A DNA stretch of 64,000 nucleotides, taken from positions 3,387 to 67,386 of the forward strand of contig JAJPHL010000070.1 of assembly GCA_021325275.1 (NCBI GenBank), written 5' to 3'. Position 1 is the first letter of the stretch; the number at the start of each line of letters is the position of its first letter. The position numbers and the translations under genes were made by a program. The notes beneath the pieces were generated by a model that worked only from the letters and a program-made list of their open reading frames with translations, did no database searches and had not been told where the DNA came from. The DNA is from Terriglobia bacterium (GTDB lineage: Bacteria > Acidobacteriota > Terriglobia > JAJPHL01). Shown piece by piece: positions 30,719 to 40,953 of the stretch.

Positions 30719-31873
30719 ATGAAGGACATCAACGTTGCACTGATCGGCTACAAGTTCATGGGCAAGGCGCACAGCTACGCCTACTCCACGGTGGGCAAGA
30801 TTTTTTCCGATTGTCCTACGCCGCGCATGAAGGTGATTTGCGGACGCGATCGCGCCGGCGCCGAAGCGATGGCGTCGCGTTTCGGTTGGGAGTCGGTGGA
30901 AACCAGTTGGGAGCGCGTGCTCGAGCGCAAGGATGTCGACGCCGTCGACATTTCCACGCCCGGGCATCTCCACAAAACGATTGCCGTGGCCGCGGCAAAG
31001 GCGGGCAAACACGTGTTGTGTGAAAAGCCGCTCGGCAACACCGGCGACGAAGCTAAAGAAATGCTCGAAGCGGCGATCCGCGCGAAGATCGTGCACGGCG
31101 TTGTGTTCAACTATCGCCGCGTCCCGGCGATCATGCTGGCGAAACGCATGATCGAAGATGGTCGCCTCGGAAAAATCTACCATTTCCGCGCGCGCTACTT
31201 GCAGGATTGGATTGTCGACCCGCAGTTTCCCCGCGTGTGGCGGCTCGACAAATCGCAGGCCGGCTCGGGAACGCTCGGCGACTTGGGCGCGCACATCGTC
31301 GATCTATGCCGGTATCTCGTCGGCGAAGTAAATGAGGTAACGGCACTGCTCGAGACGTTCATCAAAGAGCGCCCGCTGCCGGCTGCCGATCAAGGTGCGT
31401 GGGGCAGCACGACGGGCGGCGGAATGGCGCCCGTTACCGTCGACGACTGCGCGCTCTTCCTCGGCAAGCTCGACGGCGGCGCCGTGGGATCGTTTGAAGT
31501 GACGCGCTTCGCGCTGGGACGGAAGAATCACAACACGCTGGAGATCAACGGCAGCAAAGGATCGCTGGTTTTCGATCTCGAGCGCCTCAACGAATTGCAA
31601 TACTACAGTCAAGACGACGCACCGGACGCGCGCGGCTTCCGCACGATTTTCGCCACCGAAGGCGGACAGCACGCCTACGTCGATAACTGGTGGCCGCCGG
31701 GACACATGATCGGCTGGGAGCACACGCAGACCCACACGATCTACGAATTTCTGAAGGCGGTCGCGAAAGGTGAGCCGCCGGAGCCGAACTTCCACGACGG
31801 CTATCGCAACAATATGATCCTGGATGCGGTGGAGAAATCGGCGGCGAGTGGAAAGTGGGAGCGGACGGGTTAG
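30719..31873 (+). CDS. Gfo/Idh/MocA family NAD(P)-dependent oxidoreductase
   Basis: [19 protein letters not shown] Rossmann N-terminus, EKPLG motif. Start at the internal Met of the track ORF. Confidence 0.85.
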   Translation: MKDINVALIGYKFMGKAHSYAYSTVGKIFSDCPTPRMKVICGRDRAGAEAMASRFGWESVETSWERVLERKDVDAVDISTPGHLHKTIAVAAAKAGKHVLCEKPLGNTGDEAKEMLEAAIRAKIVHGVVFNYRRVPAIMLAKRMIEDGRLGKIYHFRARYLQDWIVDPQFPRVWRLDKSQAGSGTLGDLGAHIVDLCRYLVGEVNEVTALLETFIKERPLPAADQGAWGSTTGGGMAPVTVDDCALFLGKLDGGAVGSFEVTRFALGRKNHNTLEINGSKGSLVFDLERLNELQYYSQDDAPDARGFRTIFATEGGQHAYVDNWWPPGHMIGWEHTQTHTIYEFLKAVAKGEPPEPNFHDGYRNNMILDAVEKSAASGKWERTG

Positions 31874-31885
31874 GCTGGCGTCCAG

Positions 31886-32320
31886 TTATTTCTTGATTTC
31901 CAGCAACTCAACCTCAAAGACCAGCGTGGAGTTCGCCGGAATCATCCCATTCGCGCGATCGCCATACGCAAGGTCCGGCGGGACCACCAGTTTGCGCTTG
32001 CCTCCGACTTTCATCGTGGCCACGCCTTCGTCCCAACCTTTGATCACCTGACCCTTGCCGAGTTGAAAATGAAACGGCTCACCGCCCACCGAGCTATCAA
32101 ATTTCCTTAGACTCAAGAGCCATCCGGTGTAGTGAACCACCACCGTATCGCCGTCCTTGGGCGACATTCCCGTGCCTTCCACCAAATCCTGATACTTCAA
32201 ACCGGACGGCGTGGTGATCACTTTGCCGGGCTTCGGCTCAGACTTCTGCTCGGTCTTCTTTTCTTGCGCGGCCGACGCGATCGTGACCAGCGCCAATGCG
32301 ATGGCGAGATTTCGTTTCAT
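31886..32320 (-). CDS. FKBP-type peptidyl-prolyl cis-trans isomerase (periplasmic)
   Basis: Signal peptide and the canonical FKBP core (VVVHYTGWL...FDSS...PFHFQLGKGQVIKGWDEG). Confidence 0.9.
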   Translation of the reverse strand: MKRNLAIALALVTIASAAQEKKTEQKSEPKPGKVITTPSGLKYQDLVEGTGMSPKDGDTVVVHYTGWLLSLRKFDSSVGGEPFHFQLGKGQVIKGWDEGVATMKVGGKRKLVVPPDLAYGDRANGMIPANSTLVFEVELLEIKK

Positions 32321-32327
32321 ATATAAG

Positions 32328-33287
32328 TTACGCCCACCACGCTTGCGCCGGCTTCTCTTTCAGCAACACGCCGTGCAAAAACGACGCGGCTTTGGTGAGA
32401 CCTTCTTCGATCGACATCAAGCTGTCTTCGTGCTCGATCGACAACGTGTCGTCATATCCGGCCATGCGCAGCGTGCTCACGAGATTGTTCCACCATTCCA
32501 CGCCGTGACCGTATCCCACGGTGCGGAAAATCCACGCGCGGTTGATTTCGTCGGTGTAGTTCTTGGTGTCGAGTACGCCGGTTTTGTTGATGTTGTCCTG
32601 CCACAGCATGGTGTCTTTGGCGTGAACGTGGAAAACCGCCGCGCCCAGTTGGCGGACGGCCGCCAGCGGATCGATTCCCTGCCAGAACAAATGACTTGGG
32701 TCGAAATTGCAGCCGATGTTGTCGCCGGCCGCGGCGCGCAGGCGCATCATATTCTCAGGCGAGTACACGAGGAACCCTGGATGCATCTCGATGGCGACGC
32801 GCACGCCGTGATCGCGCGCGAATTTGGCGTGCTCGCTCCAAAACGGCAGCGCCTTTTCTTCCCACTGCCACTTCAGCACCTCGAGAAAATCCGGCGGCCA
32901 CGGGCATGTCACCCAGTTGGGGAAACGCGCGTTGTCGGAATCGCCGGGACAGCCGGAAAAGTCGATGACCGTCTTCACGCCGAGTTTTTCCGCCAACAAA
33001 ATCGTGCGCCGCGAGATGGCCACGAACTTCTCGCGGATTTCCTTCACCGGATGCAGCGGATTTCCGTGACAACTGAGCGCGCTGATCGAGAGACCCGCGC
33101 CGTCCATCTTCTTGCGGAACTCGGCCAGCGCCGTCGCGTTGTCGAGGTATTCGAGCTTGCAATGCGGATCGCCGGGATAGTTGCCGGTTCCCAGCTCGAC
33201 GGTAGAAATATTGAGCTTCTGGAGCTTGGGAATCACTTGGTCGAGGGTCAATTGTCCAAACAAAGCGGTAAAGATTCCAAGGCGCAT
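32328..33287 (-). CDS. sugar phosphate isomerase/epimerase (xylose-isomerase-like TIM barrel)
   Basis: AP_endonuc_2-type motifs. Conserved His/Glu/Asp metal-ligand spacing. Confidence 0.8.
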   Translation of the reverse strand: MRLGIFTALFGQLTLDQVIPKLQKLNISTVELGTGNYPGDPHCKLEYLDNATALAEFRKKMDGAGLSISALSCHGNPLHPVKEIREKFVAISRRTILLAEKLGVKTVIDFSGCPGDSDNARFPNWVTCPWPPDFLEVLKWQWEEKALPFWSEHAKFARDHGVRVAIEMHPGFLVYSPENMMRLRAAAGDNIGCNFDPSHLFWQGIDPLAAVRQLGAAVFHVHAKDTMLWQDNINKTGVLDTKNYTDEINRAWIFRTVGYGHGVEWWNNLVSTLRMAGYDDTLSIEHEDSLMSIEEGLTKAASFLHGVLLKEKPAQAWWA

Positions 33288-33317
33288 GGGGAAATCGTAT
33301 CATGCTAGTGTAAAAAC

Positions 33318-33653
33318 ATGAATCGCCGAGGATTCTTTACCCGAATCGCGCACCTGGCCGAAGACCCGCAGAAGATTCGCGCGCGTCGCGTGGCGGAGCT
33401 GCGCGCCTGGGCCCTGGAGTGCTGTCCGCTCGACTGGGACGCCACCAAGCGCGAGGAAACGGCCCAGGACATCGAACGCAAGCTGTCCTACCTGAGCGAT
33501 GAAACGTTGCGCGGCGAAAACATGAAGAAGTACGTCGAGAACATCGTCCGCACCAAGGAGATTTTCTACGCCGCACAGCGCGCCGAACAGGATTACGCCC
33601 GGCGAAATCAAGAGGACTCTGAGTACGATCGCTATCCGCACGAGGACGATTAG
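33318..33653 (+). CDS. hypothetical protein
   Basis: ORF only. N-terminal MNRRGFFTRIA looks Tat-like but no hydrophobic core follows. Confidence 0.35.
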   Translation: MNRRGFFTRIAHLAEDPQKIRARRVAELRAWALECCPLDWDATKREETAQDIERKLSYLSDETLRGENMKKYVENIVRTKEIFYAAQRAEQDYARRNQEDSEYDRYPHEDD

Positions 33654-33670
33654 CCAATTCAATCCTGTCG

Positions 33671-33676
33671 TATAAT
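33671..33676 (+). promoter_or_regulatory. candidate -10 box (TATAAT) upstream of the cytochrome c gene, with AGGAGA RBS at ~33693
   Basis: Perfect TATAAT hexamer 29 nt upstream of the ATG. No clear -35. Confidence 0.3.
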
Positions 33677-33704
33677 CGAAAAGTACGCTTCATAAGGAGA
33701 GGGC

Positions 33705-34058
33705 ATGAAGAAACTGGGTTTGGTATTGTTCACTACGGTTTGTATCCTGTCGCTGACGCTCGCGGTACCGGCGCAGAAGAAGGACGACAAGAAGTCGGGC
33801 GGCGACGCCACTAAGGGCGAAGCAGTTTTCAAAGACAAAAACTGCACGGTGTGCCACTGGCCGGATAAGGAAACCAAGCGCATCGGTCCCGGGCTGAAGG
33901 GCCTGTTCACGCACAAGAAAATGTGGGACGATCGCCCGCTCACCGAAGCCAACGTTCGCGACATGATCCTAAAGGGCGGCGGCAAAATGACCGGCTTCGA
34001 AGATCAGCTCACGCCCAAGGAACTCGATAACCTGATCGCGTACCTGAAGACCCTGTAA
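33705..34058 (+). CDS. class I c-type cytochrome (monohaem)
   Basis: Signal peptide. CTVCH haem-binding motif. A distal Met. Confidence 0.85.
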   Translation: MKKLGLVLFTTVCILSLTLAVPAQKKDDKKSGGDATKGEAVFKDKNCTVCHWPDKETKRIGPGLKGLFTHKKMWDDRPLTEANVRDMILKGGGKMTGFEDQLTPKELDNLIAYLKTL

Positions 34059-34089
34059 CATCGCAGGCGGGGGCCAACGTCAATTCACT

Positions 34090-35295
34090 ATGGCATTCTT
34101 ACGCCGCTTCCTGGCCCCCGTCATCGCGCTGCTGGCCGCGGCCGCGTTCGCGGCGGCGCAAGACAAACCCAATCAAGCGGAGGCCCAGCAGGCGCTCGCC
34201 TCCGTACCGGAAATCCTCAAGCAAGTTTCGAAGCTCACCAACCTACCCATCAAGGCGCCCGTTCAAGGCGAGGTGGTTTCGCGCGAGCAAATCCGCGGAT
34301 ACATCACCGAGCGCATGAAGGAGTCGACGACGCACGAGGACATGCACGCGCAGGAAGCGGCGCTCATCAAGTTCGGTTTGCTGCCCGCTGGATTCAAACT
34401 GGAGTCGTTCGTGCTCGACCTGCTTTCCGAGCAAGCCACGGCGTTCTACGATCCTAAGTCGAAAAAAATCTATCTCTCCGACTGGGCGCCGCTCAACTTG
34501 CAGCAACCGGCGATCGCGCATGAACTGACGCACGCGCTTCAGGACCAGCACACCAGCCTCACCGCGTTCATGGAAGACAAGAAAATGTCGCAGGACGAGC
34601 AGGCCGCGCGGCAATCGGTGGTGGAAGGCGAAGGCGTACTCGCGATGATGGATTACATGATGGCGCCGTCGGGCCTGAAGGCCGCCGACCTGCCGAATCT
34701 CGGCTCAATGGTGGAAGACGCGGCCAAGTCGGAAGACGCCAAGTTTCCCGTGTTCAGCGCGGCGCCGCCGTACTTGAAGGAAGGCCTGCTCTTCCCCTAC
34801 ATGTATGGGCTCACCTACGCGCAAGCGAAACAGAAAGCCGTCGGCGCGGACAAAGTGTATGGCGAGTTGCTCGACCATCCTCCGCATTCCACGCACGAGA
34901 TCATGCATCCCGACGCGCCGGCCGTCGCGCCTCCATCCATCGAAGCGCCGGAGATTCCCGCTGCGCAGCGCGCCGGCTACAAGAAGCTCGATTCCAACGT
35001 GCTCGGCGAGTTCGACGTGTTCACGCTGCTGAAAATCACGTTGAGCGAAGATGTCGCGCACGCCGTTGCGCCGCTGTGGCGCGCGTTCCGCTATGACGTC
35101 TACGAAAACGCGTCCGGCAAGGTGTTGCTCGCACACCGCTCGCAGTGGAAAGATGCGAACTCGGCCGCGGCGTTCGCCGAAGCGTACCGCCGGGTGATCG
35201 CCAAGAAGGCATTTGCCGGCGAAGAGACGCGCATCGAAACGCATGGCGAGACAGTGGATGTAATCGAAGGCCTTCCGCCCGCTCCCCGCAAGTAA
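34090..35295 (+). CDS. secreted putative zinc metallopeptidase-like protein (HEXXH)
   Basis: Signal peptide. IAHELTHALQDQH motif. Family not identified. Confidence 0.5.
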   Translation: MAFLRRFLAPVIALLAAAAFAAAQDKPNQAEAQQALASVPEILKQVSKLTNLPIKAPVQGEVVSREQIRGYITERMKESTTHEDMHAQEAALIKFGLLPAGFKLESFVLDLLSEQATAFYDPKSKKIYLSDWAPLNLQQPAIAHELTHALQDQHTSLTAFMEDKKMSQDEQAARQSVVEGEGVLAMMDYMMAPSGLKAADLPNLGSMVEDAAKSEDAKFPVFSAAPPYLKEGLLFPYMYGLTYAQAKQKAVGADKVYGELLDHPPHSTHEIMHPDAPAVAPPSIEAPEIPAAQRAGYKKLDSNVLGEFDVFTLLKITLSEDVAHAVAPLWRAFRYDVYENASGKVLLAHRSQWKDANSAAAFAEAYRRVIAKKAFAGEETRIETHGETVDVIEGLPPAPRK

Positions 35296-35336
35296 TTTTT
35301 CCCGAACCGAAGCCGGACTCGCGCGTCTCATTAGTT

Positions 35337-37766
35337 ATGATTCGCGACATCCGCTACGCCGCACGTCAACTTCGCAAGTCACCGGGGTTCGCCGCCGCCG
35401 TGCTTTGCACGCTGGCGCTTTGTATCGGCGCGAACACCGCGATCTACTCGGTGGTCGACGCCGTTTTGCTGCGGCCGCTGCCGTATCCCGCGCCCGAGCG
35501 ACTGGCGTTGATGGTCTTCGACCAGCAGACCGCGAAGGGCAGCTATACCAGCGACTCGCAAGACGGCCCTACGTGGGAAGCGGTGCGCGATCACGCCGAT
35601 CTCCTCGACGTGGCGCTCGGCGGAGGATCGCAAGGCGTGAATCTCTCGAAGGATGGGCGCGGCGAATACATCATGCAGTCGCGCGTGTCGGCGGGATTCT
35701 TTCACGTGATGGGCGTGCCACCGATGATCGGCCGTGAATTCACGCGCTCTGAGGACGTTCCCGGCGGCGCGGCCGTGGTGGTGCTTGCGTATCCGATGTG
35801 GCAGCGTTTGTTCGCGGGCGACCCGAACGCAATCGGCAAGACGATTCTGCTGCGCGGCGAGCCGTACACGGTGATCGGCGTGATGCCCGAGGGATTCCGA
35901 ACGCAAACGCCCGCCGACCTGTATACGCCGCGGCGGCCGTCGAATTCCGGCGAAGGCCAAGGTACGAACTACACGGTGATCGCGCGGCTGAAGCCGGGCG
36001 TCACGTGGGCGGCGGCGGAGTCGCAACTAAACGTGGTCGCGGGGCCGGCGATGATGCGCAACAAGGCGAAGGATACTCTTATGCACGCGCGCCTCGTGCC
36101 GCTTCAGCAAGGACTCACGAGCGATCTACAAACGGGACTCTACGGCGCGTGGACCGCGGTCGGCGTCGTGCTGCTGATCGGATGCGTCAACATCGCGGGA
36201 TTGCTGCTCGCGCGGTCGTCCGGACGCGCGCGCGAGGTCGCCACGCGCATGGCGGTGGGCGCGAATCGCGCTGCGATTATTCGCCAGTTGCTCGCGGAAA
36301 GTTTATTGCTCGCGCTCGGCGGCGGCGCGCTGGGTGTGCTCACCGGTTACGCGGGAATTCAGGCCCTGGAAGGGCTCGGCGCGGCGGGCTTCGACTACTG
36401 GCATCCCGTGACTCTAAACTGGCGCGTGATGCTGGCGATGCTCGGCGTCTCGTTGCTGGCGAGTTTGCTCTTTGGACTCGCGCCGGCGTTCGCGGCCAGC
36501 CGCGTCGATCTGCGGTCGATGCTGGCGGAAGGCGCGCGCGGCGCGGCCGGCGGATCTCGTCATTGGTCGCGACGCGCGTTGATCGTGGCAGAGGTCGCGC
36601 TCAGTTTGATGCTCTTGATCGACGCAGGATTGCTGGTGCGCACGCTCCAGCGATTGGAAGGATTGACGCCCGGCTTCGATCCGCACAATGTGATCAGTGC
36701 GTCCCTTTCGCTGCAAGACGCGCGGTATTCAACCAGCGCCGCGGTAAATCGCTTGTACGACGAAAGCCTGCGCCGCATTCGCGAGTCGCCGGACGTGGAA
36801 GCGGCGGGCGTGGGATTGACGCTGCCGTATCAGCGTCCATTGAACATGGGATTTCGCATCGCCGACGGTGTCAACGCAAGCGACAAGGGATTTCCCATGG
36901 ACGACATTTACGTGACACCGGGATACTTGGAAGCGTTGCGCATTCCGGTGGTCGAGGGCCGCGCCATCACCGACGCCGATCGCGCCGATACCGAGCCGGT
37001 GGTCGTGATCAACGAGGCGTTTGCGCGCCGATTCCTGAAGGATCAAGATCCCGTTGGCAGTCATTTGCGTGAAGGAGGCGTCACGCGGCGCATCGTCGGC
37101 GTGGTGGGCGACACGCAACAGCATTCGGGCGTGGGCTCGTACGGGCTGATGAGTGCGACCCCGACGACCTACCATCCGGCGGCACAGGAGTCCGACAAGT
37201 TTTTCCAATTGATCCACACTTGGTTCGCGCCGCAGTGGGTGGTGCGCACGCGCGCAACGCCAGGCGCGCCGTTGCAGCACGCGATCGAAGCGGCCGTCGG
37301 CGCGATCGATCCACAATTACCGTTCGCGAAATTCCAAAGTCTCGAGGAAGTGCAGTACACGGCGTTCCAGTCGCAGCGCTATCAAGCGGCGGTATTCTCA
37401 ACCGTCGCGATGCTCGCGATGTTCCTCGCGGCGATCGGATTGTACGGGCTGATTTCCCATTCGGTGGCGGAGCGCACGCGCGAAATGGGCATTCGCATGG
37501 CGCTCGGATCCACGACCGCGCGCGCCATGTGGACCGTCGTGCGTCCCGCGCTCTGGCTCACGCTCGCCGGCGTGGCGGCCGGCGCGATTCTCGCGCGATG
37601 GTCGACGACGGTGGTGAAGGATTTGCTTTTCGGCGTGAAGGAAGGCGATCCGCGAACGTTCCTGATGGTCTCGGCGGCGCTGGTTGTTGTAGCGTGCGTG
37701 GCGAGCGCGATTCCCGCGCGGAGGTTGCTACGATTGGATCCCGCGATTACCTTGCGGTCGGAGTGA
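35337..37766 (+). CDS. ADOP-family (Acidobacterial duplicated orphan) FtsX/MacB-like permease
   Basis: N-terminal MIRDIRYAARQLRKSPGFAAAVLCTLALCIGANTAIYSVV. Duplicated MacB-periplasmic + FtsX modules. No adjacent ATPase. Confidence 0.85.
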   Translation: MIRDIRYAARQLRKSPGFAAAVLCTLALCIGANTAIYSVVDAVLLRPLPYPAPERLALMVFDQQTAKGSYTSDSQDGPTWEAVRDHADLLDVALGGGSQGVNLSKDGRGEYIMQSRVSAGFFHVMGVPPMIGREFTRSEDVPGGAAVVVLAYPMWQRLFAGDPNAIGKTILLRGEPYTVIGVMPEGFRTQTPADLYTPRRPSNSGEGQGTNYTVIARLKPGVTWAAAESQLNVVAGPAMMRNKAKDTLMHARLVPLQQGLTSDLQTGLYGAWTAVGVVLLIGCVNIAGLLLARSSGRAREVATRMAVGANRAAIIRQLLAESLLLALGGGALGVLTGYAGIQALEGLGAAGFDYWHPVTLNWRVMLAMLGVSLLASLLFGLAPAFAASRVDLRSMLAEGARGAAGGSRHWSRRALIVAEVALSLMLLIDAGLLVRTLQRLEGLTPGFDPHNVISASLSLQDARYSTSAAVNRLYDESLRRIRESPDVEAAGVGLTLPYQRPLNMGFRIADGVNASDKGFPMDDIYVTPGYLEALRIPVVEGRAITDADRADTEPVVVINEAFARRFLKDQDPVGSHLREGGVTRRIVGVVGDTQQHSGVGSYGLMSATPTTYHPAAQESDKFFQLIHTWFAPQWVVRTRATPGAPLQHAIEAAVGAIDPQLPFAKFQSLEEVQYTAFQSQRYQAAVFSTVAMLAMFLAAIGLYGLISHSVAERTREMGIRMALGSTTARAMWTVVRPALWLTLAGVAAGAILARWSTTVVKDLLFGVKEGDPRTFLMVSAALVVVACVASAIPARRLLRLDPAITLRSE

Positions 37767-37855
37767 TCGGCCGATCAACTCGCGGATGCGCTTCTCGCGA
37801 TCCTGCACCGCGCGGAACGGTTCTTGCAACCGCCCGCCTCCAGCGCCAAAGGACG

Positions 37856-38416
37856 CTATCCCATGAGTTTCCACCACAATAGCCGCGACCAACGCATCGT
37901 GTACGTGACGCACGCCGCTAGAATCAAAAAAATCAGCACAAACGGAAACGCCACTACGCGACAGACGCCGCGCAGCATTCCTTCGCCGTTCATTCCCAAA
38001 CGCGCGCCGACGAATTGGCGCAGCGTCGGCAGGTTCGGGCGGTCGAGCCAGAAGAAATCGCCGTTTTCGTTGATCAGGAGGATTTTCGAAGGCAGCAGAA
38101 GAAGCAGCGCGGCTTTCCAGTTGAACAGAATCGGCTCGCCGGAGAAAAGCATCGCGGCCACAGGAGGCCGTGTCGCGGCGATGGCGCGCGCCATTCTCCA
38201 TTTCTCGCCAAGCGACGGCGCATCCGTGACGCGCCACACCCGCTCAAACGTGGTGGCGGCCGGCAAGCCCGGGAAGCACGTGCACAACTCCAGCGACGCG
38301 CCGGGAAATCCGCGCTGCATGCCGGCGATGGCGCGCTCCATCACGTAGCGCGATCCGCTTTCGACCAATAAAATGCGGTCGACCGCCGGGCCTCGTCCGG
38401 TGAAGAAAAATCTCAT
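37856..38416 (-). CDS. hypothetical protein with C-terminal TM segment
   Basis: ORF with sensible composition. No family assigned. Confidence 0.4.
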   Translation of the reverse strand: MRFFFTGRGPAVDRILLVESGSRYVMERAIAGMQRGFPGASLELCTCFPGLPAATTFERVWRVTDAPSLGEKWRMARAIAATRPPVAAMLFSGEPILFNWKAALLLLLPSKILLINENGDFFWLDRPNLPTLRQFVGARLGMNGEGMLRGVCRVVAFPFVLIFLILAACVTYTMRWSRLLWWKLMG

Positions 38417-38419
38417 GTG

Positions 38420-40045
38420 CTATTGCAGCAGTTCGTGAGCCGCCGCGAATGTCGGCGCGCCCAATGACAAGAGGCGCGTGTGATACTCGCCTAGAATGAA
38501 AGCCGCGCCCATTTCCTTGTGGATCTGGTCGCGCAGGCGCACGAGTTCCAGTTTACCCACAAATGCGGCGCTCGGCGCAGCGGGCGACGAGAGAGACCGC
38601 CACACGCGATCGTGCGCCTCGGCGGGCGAACACGCGAACTGCGTGGCCAGCTGCTTCTCGGCTTCCTCAGGCGTGACTTTTCCCAGATGCAGGCGAATGT
38701 CGAAAATTGCATCGAGCCAAACGGCGCGATCGTGCGCGGCGTCGTGGACGGCATCTTTCACGCCGGGCGCCGAGTATCCGGCCTCGCGCATCAGCACCGC
38801 CGCGTACTCTTCCCATCCCGCGATAAATGCGAGGTTGGGAAAAACTTTCCGGATGATCGTGTCGGTGTGATTCATCGCCTCACGCTGCAAGTAGGCGCCC
38901 GGGTGACCCAAGCGTATGATGGCCGCTTGCGCGCCCGAGCGCGTCAGCGCCAGCGACGCCGGCACGTAGATGAAAAAGGCCAAGTCCGGCTCGAACGCAC
39001 CCGCCGGATCAAGCCACGCACTGAGACGCGGAGAATAGGGCGGCGCATTTTCAAATTGCAAACGATCGGGCATCGGGATCGGCGCAATGCGCTTTTGATC
39101 CGTGAACAAACGCGGATCGCGTTCGCCCTGGCGCAGCGCTTGCAAAACCTGCAGCGCGTCGAGCGTATCGGCGGCCGGCGGCGCAACGGGCAAGGGCGCG
39201 GTTCCCAATTCTTTCTCCGCTTCGGCCAGCACGGCCTCCGGTGTCATCGCCGTTCCCAGGCGATCGCGGAAAATCCGGCGATACGCGGCCTCCGGCGTCA
39301 CGGGATTACCCTTCGAGTGCGGCAAAAGCTGCGCTTCCATCCACGCGCGAAAGTCGCGCACCGCAGCCGCCGCGACGTGCGCGTCTTTCTGCACGCGCGA
39401 CAGCGCTTTTTTCTCGAGACCTTGCGTGACCGCGGCGTTCGGCACGCCTTTATCGAGATAATCGGCCACACCGGCGAGAATCTCCAGAGCCTTGCGCGTG
39501 TCGATCTCCGGTGGATTCTCGAAATTGGCGCGCGCCAGCTTCAAGACTTTGGGATAGAGCTTCAGCCGTTCGTCGAGCGCGTCGAAGCGCGTGGTGGCCG
39601 GCGCAAACTGGCGGTTCGTGAGACTCCACGCGGCGTCGCCGAGCAAGAGCGCGTACAAGTCGGGACGCGTGGACGCTTGCTTGCGCTCGTCGAGATCGGC
39701 TATCACCAAGCGAATGCGCGCCGCGAGGTTTTCGCGGTCGGCGCGGGCGGCCGCAGAGAGCTGTTTCGAGTCCAGCTTCTCGATCCGCGAGAGCGCCGCT
39801 CGATTCCGCGCGATCTCCGCCTGCACCGCAGTGGACGACCAATCTTCCAGCGATTTGTCTTGTGAATGAACGCCGGCCGGAGTAGCGGCCGACACCGGGC
39901 GGAAGGCCCAATAGCCCGGCAAGTATTCGTTGACGATGAGAGCGAGATCGCGATCCTGCGCGCGAGCATCGATGGCCGCGCCCGCGCACAGAATCAAGAT
40001 CGTCAGCAGCCGGAAGAACCGGCGTCTCACCGGCCGCAAGGTCAT
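38420..40045 (-). CDS. secreted hypothetical protein (DUF885-like?)
   Basis: Signal peptide. Length and N-terminal pattern loosely resemble DUF885. The opposite-strand ORF is Arg-rich nonsense. Confidence 0.45.
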   Translation of the reverse strand: MTLRPVRRRFFRLLTILILCAGAAIDARAQDRDLALIVNEYLPGYWAFRPVSAATPAGVHSQDKSLEDWSSTAVQAEIARNRAALSRIEKLDSKQLSAAARADRENLAARIRLVIADLDERKQASTRPDLYALLLGDAAWSLTNRQFAPATTRFDALDERLKLYPKVLKLARANFENPPEIDTRKALEILAGVADYLDKGVPNAAVTQGLEKKALSRVQKDAHVAAAAVRDFRAWMEAQLLPHSKGNPVTPEAAYRRIFRDRLGTAMTPEAVLAEAEKELGTAPLPVAPPAADTLDALQVLQALRQGERDPRLFTDQKRIAPIPMPDRLQFENAPPYSPRLSAWLDPAGAFEPDLAFFIYVPASLALTRSGAQAAIIRLGHPGAYLQREAMNHTDTIIRKVFPNLAFIAGWEEYAAVLMREAGYSAPGVKDAVHDAAHDRAVWLDAIFDIRLHLGKVTPEEAEKQLATQFACSPAEAHDRVWRSLSSPAAPSAAFVGKLELVRLRDQIHKEMGAAFILGEYHTRLLSLGAPTFAAAHELLQ

Positions 40046-40063
40046 ACGCAGACCGTTCGAGCG

Positions 40064-40783
40064 TTACGGCTTCTTCGGCGCGGTGGCAGGAGGCGCGGCG
40101 GGCTTCGCGCCCGGCGCCGCCGGCGGCGCGGAAAGACCACTGGCGCTGGCCGGGAACGACATGTTGTACGCGCCGATCACTTCCTGCGTGATGTCCACGC
40201 GATCGTTCTGCCACAGCACTTCGCCCGGTTGCGCCGAGTTCAGCACCAAATCGAAGCCGTTCTTTTGCGCGTACACGGCGATGACTTGCAGCATCTTGTT
40301 GCCGATGGCGTTGAACACGCCGTCGACCGCTTGCTGATAGTCGGCGGTGGCGTCTTCGTTCTCGTGATTGAAGTTCTTGGTTTCGCGATCCACTTCGCGA
40401 ATGAGCTGGTTTTTCTGGTCTTCGCTCAGCACCTTATCGCCCGCTTGCAGCCGCTGCTGCTTATCCTGGATCGACTTGGTCATGGCTTCCAATTGATCTT
40501 TCTTCGGTTGGAAGCGCTTCTGAAGATCGTCGGTGGCCTTTTTGCCTTCCGCGCAATTCGCGATGGCTTGCTGAATGTGCACCGTGGCGACTTTGCCCGC
40601 GCCCGACGGGGACATCGCTCCACCGGCGGCCAAGTTTCCCGTGGCGTTTGCCGGATTCGACGGCGGTGGCGCGGCCGGAGTGGCCGGCTTCGACGCCGGA
40701 GGTTGTGCGGTCGCCTGAGCGCCAACCGCCACACTAAAGGCCAAAAGGGTGGCCATGGCCCATACAAAAACTCGTTGATTCAT
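40064..40783 (-). CDS. skp: OmpH/Skp family periplasmic chaperone
   Basis: Signal peptide, coiled-coil Q/K-rich body, and position immediately downstream of bamA. Confidence 0.8.
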   Translation of the reverse strand: MNQRVFVWAMATLLAFSVAVGAQATAQPPASKPATPAAPPPSNPANATGNLAAGGAMSPSGAGKVATVHIQQAIANCAEGKKATDDLQKRFQPKKDQLEAMTKSIQDKQQRLQAGDKVLSEDQKNQLIREVDRETKNFNHENEDATADYQQAVDGVFNAIGNKMLQVIAVYAQKNGFDLVLNSAQPGEVLWQNDRVDITQEVIGAYNMSFPASASGLSAPPAAPGAKPAAPPATAPKKP

Positions 40784-40953
40784 GCTATGTCTCCATTCCG
40801 CTTAAGGCAGTCCGCCTAGAAGCGGTCCGCTCGCAGGCGGTTAAATTCGATCCCACCATTATAGTGCACTTTCCGGCCTCGGTAGCCGCGGTCACCAGCC
40901 CGCGGCCACGCCCCACAAAGACTTCCTAGAAGTTCGCGACTTCGCGAACTTTG

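Noticed and set aside
38519-39865. 448-aa plus-strand ORF opposite the 38420..40045 gene
   Set aside because: Extreme Arg content (RRxRR runs). The minus-strand frame has a signal peptide and balanced composition.
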